Shown here in pieces: positions 18,512-28,441 of a stretch of 64,000 nt of DNA (position 1 is the first letter of the stretch; every line of letters begins with the position of its first letter). The notes beneath the pieces were generated by a model. It saw only the letters and a list, made by a program, of their open reading frames with translations, was not told the origin of the DNA and searched no databases. Source of the stretch: an uncultured virus (IMG/VR IMGVR_UViG_3300020325_000007) (Duplodnaviria > Heunggongvirae > Uroviricota > Caudoviricetes). The DNA is taken from IMG/VR virus record IMGVR_UViG_3300020325_000007. One strand, 5' to 3'. Made by a program: the position numbers and the translations under genes.

Positions 18512-20170
18512 ATGAACACACAAAGTTTACTTAATGAATCCGCTGGTTACAATAAAGTAATGTCCAAAGAGGCAAAAAACTTAGTAACAAAGTGGGAAAA
18601 GACTGGCCTTTTAGAAGGTATCGAGTCTGACTTTGAAAGAAGTTCAATCGCAACACTATTAGAAAACCAAGCAAGAGAACTTGTAAAAGAAGCATCTTCT
18701 ACAGGTACATCAGCAAACTCTGAAGAGTGGGCAGGTGTAGCTCTACCATTGGTAAGAAGGATTTTCAGTGAAATCGCTGCAAAAGAATTCGTTAGTGTTC
18801 AACCAATGAACTTACCTTCAGGTCTTGTATTCTACTTGGACTTCAAGTATGGTACATCACAGCCAGGATTTGAAACTGGCGCAGGTAAAGATTCACAAAC
18901 TGACTCAGTATTCGGTATCACTGAAACTGCAAGTGAGGCAAGTGAAGGTCTTTACGGTGCAGGAAGATTTGGTTACTCAATTAATGATACAGCATCTAGC
19001 GCATTAGATATCGCTGCAGCATTATCTGACGCAACTAAATTTACTTCAGCATCAGTTAACTTAAATACAGCTGGAACTGAATATGATTATGATTCTTCAT
19101 TCTCAGCATCAATTGCAGCAGCTGGAAACGGTGACCTAATCGTTAAAGTATCTGCATTAACTTCATCAATCGCAGGATTCGATAAAGAAGGTGTAAGAGG
19201 ATTTGAAGTATCAGGTTCAGGTATTGCAGAGCATTACCCAGCATTTACTAAATTATCAGGTGCAAACATTACGGCTATCGTAAGAAAAGTAGCAGCTGCA
19301 ACAGCAGTAGATAAAGTAGTAATCAAGTATCACAAACAACCAACTGACATTACAAGAGGTGACTTCGAACAGTCTAACTTCGCAGCTAATGGTGGTGTAG
19401 GTGCAGACTTAGGTATTCCTGAGTTGAATGTTGAATTAAGAAGTGTGCCGATTGTTGCTAAAACAAGAAAGTTAAAAGCACAATGGACTCCTGAATTCGC
19501 ACAAGACTTAAATGCATACCACTCAGTAGACGCTGAAGCAGAATTGACTTCAATGTTATCTGAATACATTTCTCAAGAAATCGACTTAGAAATCTTAGAT
19601 ATGTTATTGGAAAATGCATTAACTACAGGTTATTGGTCAGCTAGAATCGGATATTCTTGGAATGGTGCAGGATTTACATCAAGTGGTCTTAACGCAGCAG
19701 TTGAGAGATATACTCAACAACAATGGTTCCAAACTTTAGGTACTCAGTTACAGAGAGTTTCTAACCAAATCCACGCGAAGACTATGAGAGGTGGAGCTAA
19801 CTTTATGGTAGTTTCTCCTGATGTAGCAACTATTCTTGAATCTATCCCTGGCTTCCACGGAAATGGTACAGGTGAGCAATCGCAATTCGCATTTGGTGTA
19901 AGCCAAGTAGGTTCTTTTGCAAATAGATACCAAGTATACAAAAACCCATATATGAAAGAGAACGTAATCCTATTAGGATTCAAAGGTTCACAATTCTTGG
20001 AAACAGGTGCTGTTTACGCTCCATACATTCCATTAATCATGACTCCTCTTGTATATGACCCAACTAACTTCACTCCAAGAAAAGGTGTAATGACAAGATA
20101 CGCTAAGCAAATGGTGAGAGGTGAGTTCTACGGTAAGGTTCTTGTACATGGACTTGAAGTAATTGGATAA
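18512..20170 (+). CDS. major capsid protein (T4 gp23-like)
   Basis: VQPMNLPSGLVFYL, KTRKLKAQWTPEFAQDL, YAPYIPL, PRKGVMTRY. Confidence 0.96.
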   Translation: MNTQSLLNESAGYNKVMSKEAKNLVTKWEKTGLLEGIESDFERSSIATLLENQARELVKEASSTGTSANSEEWAGVALPLVRRIFSEIAAKEFVSVQPMNLPSGLVFYLDFKYGTSQPGFETGAGKDSQTDSVFGITETASEASEGLYGAGRFGYSINDTASSALDIAAALSDATKFTSASVNLNTAGTEYDYDSSFSASIAAAGNGDLIVKVSALTSSIAGFDKEGVRGFEVSGSGIAEHYPAFTKLSGANITAIVRKVAAATAVDKVVIKYHKQPTDITRGDFEQSNFAANGGVGADLGIPELNVELRSVPIVAKTRKLKAQWTPEFAQDLNAYHSVDAEAELTSMLSEYISQEIDLEILDMLLENALTTGYWSARIGYSWNGAGFTSSGLNAAVERYTQQQWFQTLGTQLQRVSNQIHAKTMRGGANFMVVSPDVATILESIPGFHGNGTGEQSQFAFGVSQVGSFANRYQVYKNPYMKENVILLGFKGSQFLETGAVYAPYIPLIMTPLVYDPTNFTPRKGVMTRYAKQMVRGEFYGKVLVHGLEVIG

Positions 20171-20198
20171 TATTTAATTATTTAATTCTCATTAAATT

Positions 20199-20225
20199 AA
20201 GGGTGACTTCGGTCACCCTTTTTTT
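20199..20225 (+). terminator. intrinsic terminator after MCP
   Basis: AAGGGTGAC-TTCG-GTCACCCTT plus T run. Confidence 0.9.
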
Positions 20226-20236
20226 ATGCCCTATAC

Positions 20237-20244
20237 TACTTATA
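20237..20244 (+). promoter_or_regulatory. putative late-promoter motif TACTTATA
   Basis: Between terminator and phoH. Confidence 0.5.
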
Positions 20245-20286
20245 GTAAAGAGTTACATAAGTTATTATTCAACAAAAGGATAGTGC

Positions 20287-20949
20287 ATGCCAGAAAATAC
20301 AACTAAACGAGTACCAAAGGGTGCAGTTAAATACAACATCACTCTTTCTGAAGAACAGAAACTCGCAAAAGCAGAAATTAGAAATCATCCATTCAATTTT
20401 ATATTAGGAAAAGCAGGTAGTGGTAAAACACTATTAGCAGTACAGATTGCATTGGATTGTTTTTTTAAAAGAGAAGTAAATAAAATCGTAATTACACGAC
20501 CAACTATATCAAATGAAGATAACGGATTCCTTCCTGGCTCATTAGACGAAAAAATGGAACCTTGGTTAGTTCCAATTCGTTCTAACATGAGAAAAGTCTA
20601 TAATAAACCTATGATTTTAGAAAAGATGGAAAAAAATGAAGATGTAGAATTAGTATCTTTATCACATTTTAGAGGGAGAACTTTTGATTCTTCAATAGTT
20701 ATAGTAGATGAGTTTCAGAATTTAACTAAACAACAGTTAGCGATGGTGTTGGGTCGTTTAGGTAAAAACTCACGGATGATGTTGTGTGGCGACCCACAAC
20801 AGATTGATTTAAAGTTCGCAAACGACTCAGCAGTTCATGAGGTTCATAAACTAAAAGACTCTGAGTTTGTTTATAGTGTAAATTTGAAAGATAACCACAG
20901 ACACGAGTCCTTAGATGAGGTTCTTAGACTGTTATTTTCATTCGAATAA
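20287..20949 (+). CDS. phoH: PhoH-family ATPase
   Basis: GKAGSGKT, GFLPG, RGRTF, IVDEFQN, GDPQQID. Confidence 0.93.
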   Translation: MPENTTKRVPKGAVKYNITLSEEQKLAKAEIRNHPFNFILGKAGSGKTLLAVQIALDCFFKREVNKIVITRPTISNEDNGFLPGSLDEKMEPWLVPIRSNMRKVYNKPMILEKMEKNEDVELVSLSHFRGRTFDSSIVIVDEFQNLTKQQLAMVLGRLGKNSRMMLCGDPQQIDLKFANDSAVHEVHKLKDSEFVYSVNLKDNHRHESLDEVLRLLFSFE

Positions 20950-20978
20950 CGATTTAGAAAAATAAATCAATATTTATA
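20950..20978 (+). promoter_or_regulatory. putative bipartite late promoter
   Basis: CGATTTAG at 20950, TATTTATA 20971-78. Confidence 0.5.
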
Positions 20979-21008
20979 TAACGTAAACGTTAATTATTGG
21001 AGAAATAG

Positions 21009-24000
21009 ATGTCATTTGACTACACGGGTTCATTTAGTGGTTCGTTCACAGGTAATTTAATATCAACTAATGGAGTGATATCCTCATCGGCACAATTGCC
21101 AAGTGGGATTTTATCATCTTCTGCTCAATTACCAAGTGGAATAGTGTCCTCATCGGGACAAATCAACTATAATACTATTACAAACAAACCAACTACAATA
21201 TCTGCGTTCCAAAAAAACTCCATAACCGCAAATATTACGTTTAGACAAGAAACTTTTCCACCGATTTCTTCATCTCTTGCGACAAGAATAACAACTGAAG
21301 AAGGAAACGTAGATAATTTACAGTCAGATGTAAGTGCTTTACAAACTGCAAGTGGTAGTTTTTCTACAAGAGTTACAAATATTGAAGGAGCGGGTTATTT
21401 AACTTCAGCAAGTGCAGCAGCCGCAGGGTTTGGAAGTGGTGGTTCAACTCCAGCAGGAACAATCAGTAGTTCACAACAAATTACAGACTTAGGTTTTTCA
21501 ACAACAGATAGTACAGGTTCAGAGCAAACACTATCTTTTAATGATGGAACAAACGCATTAAGTATTTCAGGTGGAAATTCAGTAGATTTATCGTCACTAT
21601 CAGGTGGCGGTGGTGGTGGAGCCGGATTAAACATAACAGCATCAAATGAGGGAACTCCATTAAGTAAAATAGTTCGTAGTTTTGATTTTGTAGGTAACGC
21701 AGTTACAGCAACTAATGATGGTAACGCAGTTACGGTAACAGTAAACACAGGTTCACTAAAAGACGGAATCATTAGTGGTTCAGAACAGTTACCAAGTGGA
21801 TTAATATCAGCATCAAACCAAATAACAATAACAGAATCACAAATTAGTGACTTAGGGTCATATTTAACGTCAGTTCCAGCAGGAACTGTTAGTGGTTCTA
21901 CTCAAATTACTTTTAGTGGTATTAGTGGTACTCCAAGTGGGTTAGTATCATCTTCAAATCAGATACTACCAATCACAACTTCAAGTATTACTGACTTCCC
22001 AACAGAAGTTTCAAAGTCAGCAGCGTCATTTGGGTTTGGAACAGGTGGTGGTGGTTCAACTGACATAACAGCATTAAATACATTTACAGGTTCTGCTAAT
22101 ACAAGTATTACAGCATTAAATACATTTACAGGTTCTGCGATTTCAAACAGTCAAACTTCGTCTATGACGGTAGCAACCGCATCATACGCGTTGTTTGCAA
22201 TATCAGCATCACATGAGATAGTCACAGAAGTGTCTTCATCTCATGCAGTAAACGCAGATACAGCATCATTTGTGATAGGTCATGTACAAACTTCTCAAAC
22301 AAGTTCAATGTCTGTAGCAACTTCATCGTTTACAACAGGATTTTCAATTTTTGACGGGAACAGAGTAATATCTAACACAAATCTACCAGCGGGAGTTTAC
22401 AATACTAACGCAGGAACAAGTGGTTCCCTAACACAATTTATAGAAAAGGTATTTTTCCCAAATACAGTACCATCAATCACAACAAATGGATTTACAATCG
22501 GTGAATTCGTAGCAAGTGGTTCTGTAATTGGAACTGCGACAGCAACAGACGCAGAAGGACAAAGTATTACATTTAGAGAAGCAAGTTCTTACTCAGATGA
22601 CTTCTTTAAGATAGCAAGTAACGGACAAATAACTCTAAATACTAAATCAACAGCATCAATGAACACTGATAATACGCCAGGTAGTGGTTCTCATCCATTC
22701 CCTATAGAAGCAGTGGATACATTCGCAGGTGTTGGTTCTAAAACATTATACATACGGGTAACTCCTAACACTCCACCTGTTTGGAGACAAACATCAGTAG
22801 GTGGTTCAATAGTGACAACGTTTACACAATCACTAAATGAAAATTCTGTAGCAGCAAATAATAAAGTTAGAGTTTATTTTACTGACGCAGAAAGTGACAC
22901 TATAACAATCGGAAGTGGTTCAGCATTTGTAAGTTCAAGTTTTTCAATTACTAAAGCAAGTACATATGTTCAACTAAATCAGATAACTTCTTCATTAGAT
23001 TATGAAGTTACCCCAAAATATGAATTCGTTTTAACAGCGAGTGATGAACATTATGGAAGTGGTGATGATACTGAATCAATTACTTACTTACCATTCCAAA
23101 TAGCAGTAGTTGATAACGTTGGTCCAACTGTAAATGACCAAACATTAGGAAGTATTAACGAAAATAGTGCAGATGGTGCAAGTGTAGGTTCAATAACTGC
23201 AACAGACCCAACAGGTGATACAATAACATTTAGTAACTTTACACTAAAAGAAGCAAATTTAGATGGTGGTTCAAATATTACATCATCTTTAGGTGGTAAC
23301 TCATTATATGACCCACATCAAGACCCATTCCAATGTAGTTCGGCAGGTGCAGTAACAAGAAAGAATGGAGTTTATCTAAATTCTGATGTAGCGAACAGAT
23401 ATTTTTATCAAGTAACAGTAAAAGACGCATTTAACTCAACATCTGATACAGGTTTAATTAGAATTAATATCGCAGATGATTCAGCAACTTCAATAACTGA
23501 CAATTGGGATAATTTATATATCATAGAATCCGCAACAAGTGGTAATGAAATAAAAATTAGTTCAAATGGTAGAACAGGTACAAGTGCATTATGGTCATCA
23601 GGAGTATCTCAGAGATGGGAAGTTAAATCAACAGGTAATTTAATTGGATTATCATCTACAACAGGTTCAAGTGCAACTTTACAATTAGCAAGTAACCTAA
23701 GTGGTTCAGCATATTCAAGTGGAAGTACAATCGCAGTAGAACTAACTGCATCAGAAAATGGATTTGAAACAACTAAACAATATGTAAATCAAAATATCGC
23801 AGTTGTTATCAATAACGCACCTGTTCCAAGTTTCAGTAACACATCTGCAAACTTAAATACAAATGGTGCAAGAAGTGGTAGTACAATTTCAACAATATCG
23901 TTTACAGATACAGAGAGTGATTCATTAAATCACGGTTCATTTACATTTACAGACCCAAGTGGTCAATTAAACGCATATAAATCTGGCGATACTTACTTAG

Positions 24001-25304
24001 TACAACCAAAAAATAATTTAAGTGGTTCCACTTATCCAATGACCGCATCTATAAAAGATACTCATGGATTTAGAGTAGGTACTACTAAACATAGTGTAAC
24101 AATCGCATCAGCACCAAATGGTACTTTAACTACAAATGGTACATTTAGAATAATAGAGAGTGCAGAAAGTGGAGCACATATAAAAATTAACGCTGATGGT
24201 AGAACGGGAACACAAGGTGACTTAGGAGTTACTTACTCACCTCAATATAATTCCGCAGCAGTACAAGCATTTACTTCATCTAACGCAGCCATCGCAGTAA
24301 ACAGTAATGGTAAACTAACAATAGGTGTAAATATAAGTGGTTCAAGTACAGGTAGTGGTGATACAATTACATCAACTATATCATATCAAGACCAATTTAA
24401 TAATATAGGTTCAGACAGTATATCAGTAAGTGTAGTTGCAAATCAGGCTCCAACAGCAACATTTAGTGAGATTGGTGCAAACATGACAGCATCGATTGCA
24501 AGTGGAACAGGTTTAGTAAGTATGTCAATATCTGATACAGAATCAGATACACCGTTCTCCGCTTCATTTAGTGGACCAAACGCAGGAAACTTACAATTTG
24601 TACCACAAAATGCAAATTCATCGTCATACGTTATTAAAACGACAGGTACGATAAATTCAGGTGTAACATATAGTTATACAGCATCAGTACATGATAACTT
24701 TGATAAATCAACATCATATAAAAGAACAATAACACTTCTTGACCCTGTAGCAAAAACATATGTTTATGGATGGGACGGTGGTTCTGCAGCAACAGAAGCA
24801 ACAGCAATCGCATCTATGGGTGATAGTGGTGGTGATGGAGTAGGAATCGAAGCAGGTTCAGTAATCGCAAAACTACAAAGTGGTTCACTTGGTACAACAT
24901 TCAGTCCAACTTATGTTGGTGGTACAATGTTACTATTTGGAAGTAGTTCAAAAACAACATTATCAGATAGTAATGCAACAGGACTATCAAGTTTTGGATA
25001 TATAAACTTTAGTAGTGGTGGTTCAAAAAGATTAGTAGTAGTATTCCCATCAGCATCAAATCAGTTTGGGAAACCAGCAAGTATGTATGATGGAGTTCCA
25101 CCTGATTCAACAGGAACAGCAAAAGAATACTATGTATATGCAAAAGACGCCTCAATTCCTGGCACAATTGGAACGGGTGTATATTACTTCGACACTGAGA
25201 ACGCAGTTGAAGGATATTCAAGATGGGGTATGATATTTGCAGAAGGTGAAAATACAAATAACTCAAGATATTATTTAATGCCTGACTCAGCGTCAGCACC
25301 ATAG
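21009..25304 (+). CDS. large Ser/Thr/Gly-rich virion protein with cadherin/Ig-like repeats
   Basis: 1431 aa; NENS, ATDAEG, LDYE, D.ESD motifs. Confidence 0.7.
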   Translation: MSFDYTGSFSGSFTGNLISTNGVISSSAQLPSGILSSSAQLPSGIVSSSGQINYNTITNKPTTISAFQKNSITANITFRQETFPPISSSLATRITTEEGNVDNLQSDVSALQTASGSFSTRVTNIEGAGYLTSASAAAAGFGSGGSTPAGTISSSQQITDLGFSTTDSTGSEQTLSFNDGTNALSISGGNSVDLSSLSGGGGGGAGLNITASNEGTPLSKIVRSFDFVGNAVTATNDGNAVTVTVNTGSLKDGIISGSEQLPSGLISASNQITITESQISDLGSYLTSVPAGTVSGSTQITFSGISGTPSGLVSSSNQILPITTSSITDFPTEVSKSAASFGFGTGGGGSTDITALNTFTGSANTSITALNTFTGSAISNSQTSSMTVATASYALFAISASHEIVTEVSSSHAVNADTASFVIGHVQTSQTSSMSVATSSFTTGFSIFDGNRVISNTNLPAGVYNTNAGTSGSLTQFIEKVFFPNTVPSITTNGFTIGEFVASGSVIGTATATDAEGQSITFREASSYSDDFFKIASNGQITLNTKSTASMNTDNTPGSGSHPFPIEAVDTFAGVGSKTLYIRVTPNTPPVWRQTSVGGSIVTTFTQSLNENSVAANNKVRVYFTDAESDTITIGSGSAFVSSSFSITKASTYVQLNQITSSLDYEVTPKYEFVLTASDEHYGSGDDTESITYLPFQIAVVDNVGPTVNDQTLGSINENSADGASVGSITATDPTGDTITFSNFTLKEANLDGGSNITSSLGGNSLYDPHQDPFQCSSAGAVTRKNGVYLNSDVANRYFYQVTVKDAFNSTSDTGLIRINIADDSATSITDNWDNLYIIESATSGNEIKISSNGRTGTSALWSSGVSQRWEVKSTGNLIGLSSTTGSSATLQLASNLSGSAYSSGSTIAVELTASENGFETTKQYVNQNIAVVINNAPVPSFSNTSANLNTNGARSGSTISTISFTDTESDSLNHGSFTFTDPSGQLNAYKSGDTYLVQPKNNLSGSTYPMTASIKDTHGFRVGTTKHSVTIASAPNGTLTTNGTFRIIESAESGAHIKINADGRTGTQGDLGVTYSPQYNSAAVQAFTSSNAAIAVNSNGKLTIGVNISGSSTGSGDTITSTISYQDQFNNIGSDSISVSVVANQAPTATFSEIGANMTASIASGTGLVSMSISDTESDTPFSASFSGPNAGNLQFVPQNANSSSYVIKTTGTINSGVTYSYTASVHDNFDKSTSYKRTITLLDPVAKTYVYGWDGGSAATEATAIASMGDSGGDGVGIEAGSVIAKLQSGSLGTTFSPTYVGGTMLLFGSSSKTTLSDSNATGLSSFGYINFSSGGSKRLVVVFPSASNQFGKPASMYDGVPPDSTGTAKEYYVYAKDASIPGTIGTGVYYFDTENAVEGYSRWGMIFAEGENTNNSRYYLMPDSASAP
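22068..22138 (+). repeat. 29-bp direct repeat, 42-bp period (TALNTFTGSA)
   Basis: acagcattaaatacatttacaggttctgc x2. Confidence 0.85.
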
Positions 25305-25322
25305 GAAAAGGAAAAGAAATAG

Positions 25323-26408
25323 ATGGCAACAACAGCAGGTGATATTTATGTAAGAAGTGGAGCGTCAGGTTCATTCACATCAGTACAATATGTACAAGGT
25401 GGTTGGATTACTGTACCGTCTGCTTCAGACATGAGTTCTATTTATCACGATAGACTTAGAGATGGACAGATTGTTTGGGTAGAACATACTGAACAATTAT
25501 ATGTCACAAGAAAGTTTGTCGCATTCTCTACGCCAGGATACGGTGGTTCAGATGACTCAGCATCATTCCATACTACCAACTTAGGTATTTCAGGTGGTGG
25601 TGGTGGTGGAGCCGGTGATATTACATCGGTGACAGCAGGAACAGGTTTAAGTGGTGGTGGAGCATCAGGTGCAGTAACACTTAACTTAGATACATCAGAC
25701 GCAGCATTTATATCAGGTGTAAGTGGTCTACTGACATCATTAAATAATTTTACGGGTTCAGCAAATACAAGTATTACATCATTAAATACTTTCACGGGTT
25801 CTGTGATTACAAACAGTATGACAAGTTCTATGAGTGTAGCAAGTTCTTCTGTATCAGATAGAGCAATGTTCGCAGCACAATGGACATTAGGTGCAGATGG
25901 TTCTAACCATTATACATTTACAGGTCACGGTTTGACGGGAGCGGAAAATGACCCAACTCTTTATTTAATGAGAGGTCAAAAATATAAATTCATCAATAAT
26001 ATGGGAGCACATCCATTTAGGATTCAATCAACTCCAAATGGTTCAGCAGGTTCTGCATATAATGATGGTGTAACTAACAATGATGTTTCAAGTGGAACAT
26101 TAACTTGGGACGTACAATTCGATTCACCAAGAGTTTTATATTATCAATGTACTGCTCACGCAAACATGGGTGGTGTAATTTACATACTAAACGCAGATAC
26201 AGGTTCTGGCGGTGGTGGTGGAACAGGTGGTATATTTACAACTACAGGTTCTTTCAAATCAACTACGAACAATTTAGATATAACAGGTTCGGTTAGAGTC
26301 GGTGACGGTGTTTTAAGATTAAAAGAATTTACAACTACTCCAACTTATGAAGAGGGTGCAATATTTTATTCAGCATCAAACTTTTACTTTGGGTTAGGAA
26401 GTAGTTAA
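25323..26408 (+). CDS. virion fibre-type protein with cupredoxin-like domain
   Basis: DPTLYLMRG, AHPF, LYYQCTAHANMGG. Confidence 0.65.
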   Translation: MATTAGDIYVRSGASGSFTSVQYVQGGWITVPSASDMSSIYHDRLRDGQIVWVEHTEQLYVTRKFVAFSTPGYGGSDDSASFHTTNLGISGGGGGGAGDITSVTAGTGLSGGGASGAVTLNLDTSDAAFISGVSGLLTSLNNFTGSANTSITSLNTFTGSVITNSMTSSMSVASSSVSDRAMFAAQWTLGADGSNHYTFTGHGLTGAENDPTLYLMRGQKYKFINNMGAHPFRIQSTPNGSAGSAYNDGVTNNDVSSGTLTWDVQFDSPRVLYYQCTAHANMGGVIYILNADTGSGGGGGTGGIFTTTGSFKSTTNNLDITGSVRVGDGVLRLKEFTTTPTYEEGAIFYSASNFYFGLGSS

Positions 26409-26423
26409 TAAAATATAATTACA

Positions 26424-26431
26424 TATTTATA
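26424..26431 (+). promoter_or_regulatory. putative late-promoter motif TATTTATA
   Basis: Intergenic, upstream of 26512. Confidence 0.55.
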
Positions 26432-26511
26432 TTATGTAAGAAATTGGTTTTGGACGGTACATTGTTGTGTACCATAAGTTGTTTAAAATAATAAATTAAT
26501 AGGAGAAAAAA

Positions 26512-27921
26512 ATGGCAACATGGAAAAAAGTCATTGTCTCGGGTTCAAGTGCCGACCTTCTTAATGTATCCGCATCAGCAGGGTTCAAAGGAAATTTAGT
26601 TGGTAACGTAACAGGGACGGCAACACAGGTTGGGAACAGTTTGACAGTTGATAATTCAACTATTCAGCTGGACTCAGGTACCACATATGATGGTGCAGCA
26701 GCGAAGACCGTTAGTCTAAAAGACGGTGGTACTACGTTAGCAAAACAGGCTAATATGGCCGCAGATAGAATACAAGGTAGAGCAAATGGTGCAGGAACAG
26801 GTGTACCTCAAGCATTAACCAAAACACAAGTTTTAACAATTCTTAACGTTGAAGACGGAGCAGATGTAACTGACGCAGCGGGAATCGCAGCATTAGGTGC
26901 AGGAATTGTATCGTCATCAGCACAGGTATCAGGTTTAGCTGGTGTTAATGATTCAACAATCACAATAACCGCAGGTGATGGTTTAAAAACGGGTGGTACA
27001 TTTACATTGAATGATTCAAGTGACAGAGAAATAACACTTGATATTGATGTTGATGTTATGGCAGGTGCAGGTTTAGTTGCAGATAACACAAATGAAGAAT
27101 TAGATGTAAACGTAGATGACTCAACTATTGAAATCAGTTCAGACGCACTAAGAGTTAAAGATAGTGGTATTACATTAGCAAAAATAGCAAATATTGCAGA
27201 CGATACAATTTTAGGTAATGTGTCAGGTGGTGCAGCAGCACCAAGTGCATTAAGTAAAGCAAATGTATTAACATTACTTAATGTTGAAGATGGTGCAGAT
27301 GTAACTGACGCAGCAGGAATTAGAGCATTAGGTGCAGGAATTATATCTTCTTCAGCACAAGTTGATATCTCAAGTAAAACTGTAGCAGCATCACAAGTAA
27401 CTGAAATCAGTAACTTAACTGCAGCAGAAGGTGCACAATTAGAGAACATCGGTACAACAACAATCTCAGCAGCTCAATGGGGTTACTTAGGTGGAATGGA
27501 CCAAAATGTAAAAACAAACTCTAATGTTAACTTTAACAACTTGGTTGTAGCAGGTGATTTAACTGTTGAAGGTTCAAGAACTGAATTACAAGTAGCTAAC
27601 TTAAATGTAGAAGACCAATATATCTTATTAAACTCAGGTTCAACATCAGGAGACTCAGGTATTATATTTGGTGGTTCTAACACAACCGCTAACTCAGGTC
27701 ACGCACTTATTTTAGATAATTCTTACAATTCTAACGATGGTCGTTTAGCAGTACAGGTAACTGATAAAGCAGCGTCTAACTCAGATGACTTCGCAGCAGG
27801 TACAACAGGTTATTATTTAGCTGGTGTATATGAAGGAACTGAAGCTAACGCAGCAACAGCATTAGCAGACCATCCTGGCAATATAAGAATAGAATCAAAT
27901 GAGATTTATATCTATGTGTAA
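26512..27921 (+). CDS. tail/head fibre-like structural protein
   Basis: 469 aa, AGGAG SD, internal duplication LNVEDGADVTDAAGI.ALGAGI.SSSAQV, N-terminal WKKV motif. Confidence 0.65.
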   Translation: MATWKKVIVSGSSADLLNVSASAGFKGNLVGNVTGTATQVGNSLTVDNSTIQLDSGTTYDGAAAKTVSLKDGGTTLAKQANMAADRIQGRANGAGTGVPQALTKTQVLTILNVEDGADVTDAAGIAALGAGIVSSSAQVSGLAGVNDSTITITAGDGLKTGGTFTLNDSSDREITLDIDVDVMAGAGLVADNTNEELDVNVDDSTIEISSDALRVKDSGITLAKIANIADDTILGNVSGGAAAPSALSKANVLTLLNVEDGADVTDAAGIRALGAGIISSSAQVDISSKTVAASQVTEISNLTAAEGAQLENIGTTTISAAQWGYLGGMDQNVKTNSNVNFNNLVVAGDLTVEGSRTELQVANLNVEDQYILLNSGSTSGDSGIIFGGSNTTANSGHALILDNSYNSNDGRLAVQVTDKAASNSDDFAAGTTGYYLAGVYEGTEANAATALADHPGNIRIESNEIYIYV

Positions 27922-27940
27922 ATAAATTAAAAAATTAGTT

Positions 27941-28129
27941 ATGTCAAATCACAAACAACTGAAAAAAAGTATACAACAAACCCAACAAGAGACAAACCTC
28001 AAGCTCACTAAACAAGAGCTTGAGGTTCTCTTATTTTTAATATCAAATGGAACCTTTAAGGGTACAGATATTGAAAGAATCTATAAATTAGCAGTAAAAA
28101 TTCAAGTAGAACACGATAAATTAAAATAG
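27941..28129 (+). CDS. small hypothetical protein
   Basis: 62 aa ORF in fibre cluster. Confidence 0.55.
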   Translation: MSNHKQLKKSIQQTQQETNLKLTKQELEVLLFLISNGTFKGTDIERIYKLAVKIQVEHDKLK

Positions 28130-28131
28130 TT

Positions 28132-28323
28132 ATGGAACAATACAAAGGTTTAGAAGAAAACGATTTAAAAGTTATACAAATCGCATTAAATAAACTACCA
28201 ATAACAGGTGCAGAAGCACAGATGATGGTAGGAATCCAACAAAAAATCCAAATGGAGTTAGACTTCTTAAAAACTCCAAAAAGAGGTAGACCAAAAAAAG
28301 GTAATACAATAATTAAAGGATAA
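28132..28323 (+). CDS. small hypothetical protein
   Basis: 63 aa, KRGRPKK near C-terminus. Confidence 0.55.
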   Translation: MEQYKGLEENDLKVIQIALNKLPITGAEAQMMVGIQQKIQMELDFLKTPKRGRPKKGNTIIKG

Positions 28324-28347
28324 TTTTACTTTCTTTTATTTTTTCAA

Positions 28348-28355
28348 TACTTATA
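28348..28355 (+). promoter_or_regulatory. putative late-promoter motif TACTTATA
   Basis: Upstream of the 28442-36417 operon. Confidence 0.55.
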
Positions 28356-28372
28356 TAAAAGAAATTAAGTTA

Positions 28373-28436
28373 AATCTTGGTTGTTGGCCCTTATGGGAAG
28401 TGGGCACGAATGTGTTACCAACCGCAAATTAGGATT
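28373..28436 (+). ncRNA. candidate structured cis-regulatory 5' leader (three-way junction)
   Basis: GC-rich island: GTTGG/CCAAC encloses CCC-TTAT-GGG and GGCAC-GAAT-GTGTT; AATCTT can pair with AGGATT. Confidence 0.4.
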
Positions 28437-28441
28437 AGAAT

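Noticed and set aside
28373..28436. Hammerhead ribozyme
   Set aside because: Three-way junction lacks the CUGANGA and GAAA core
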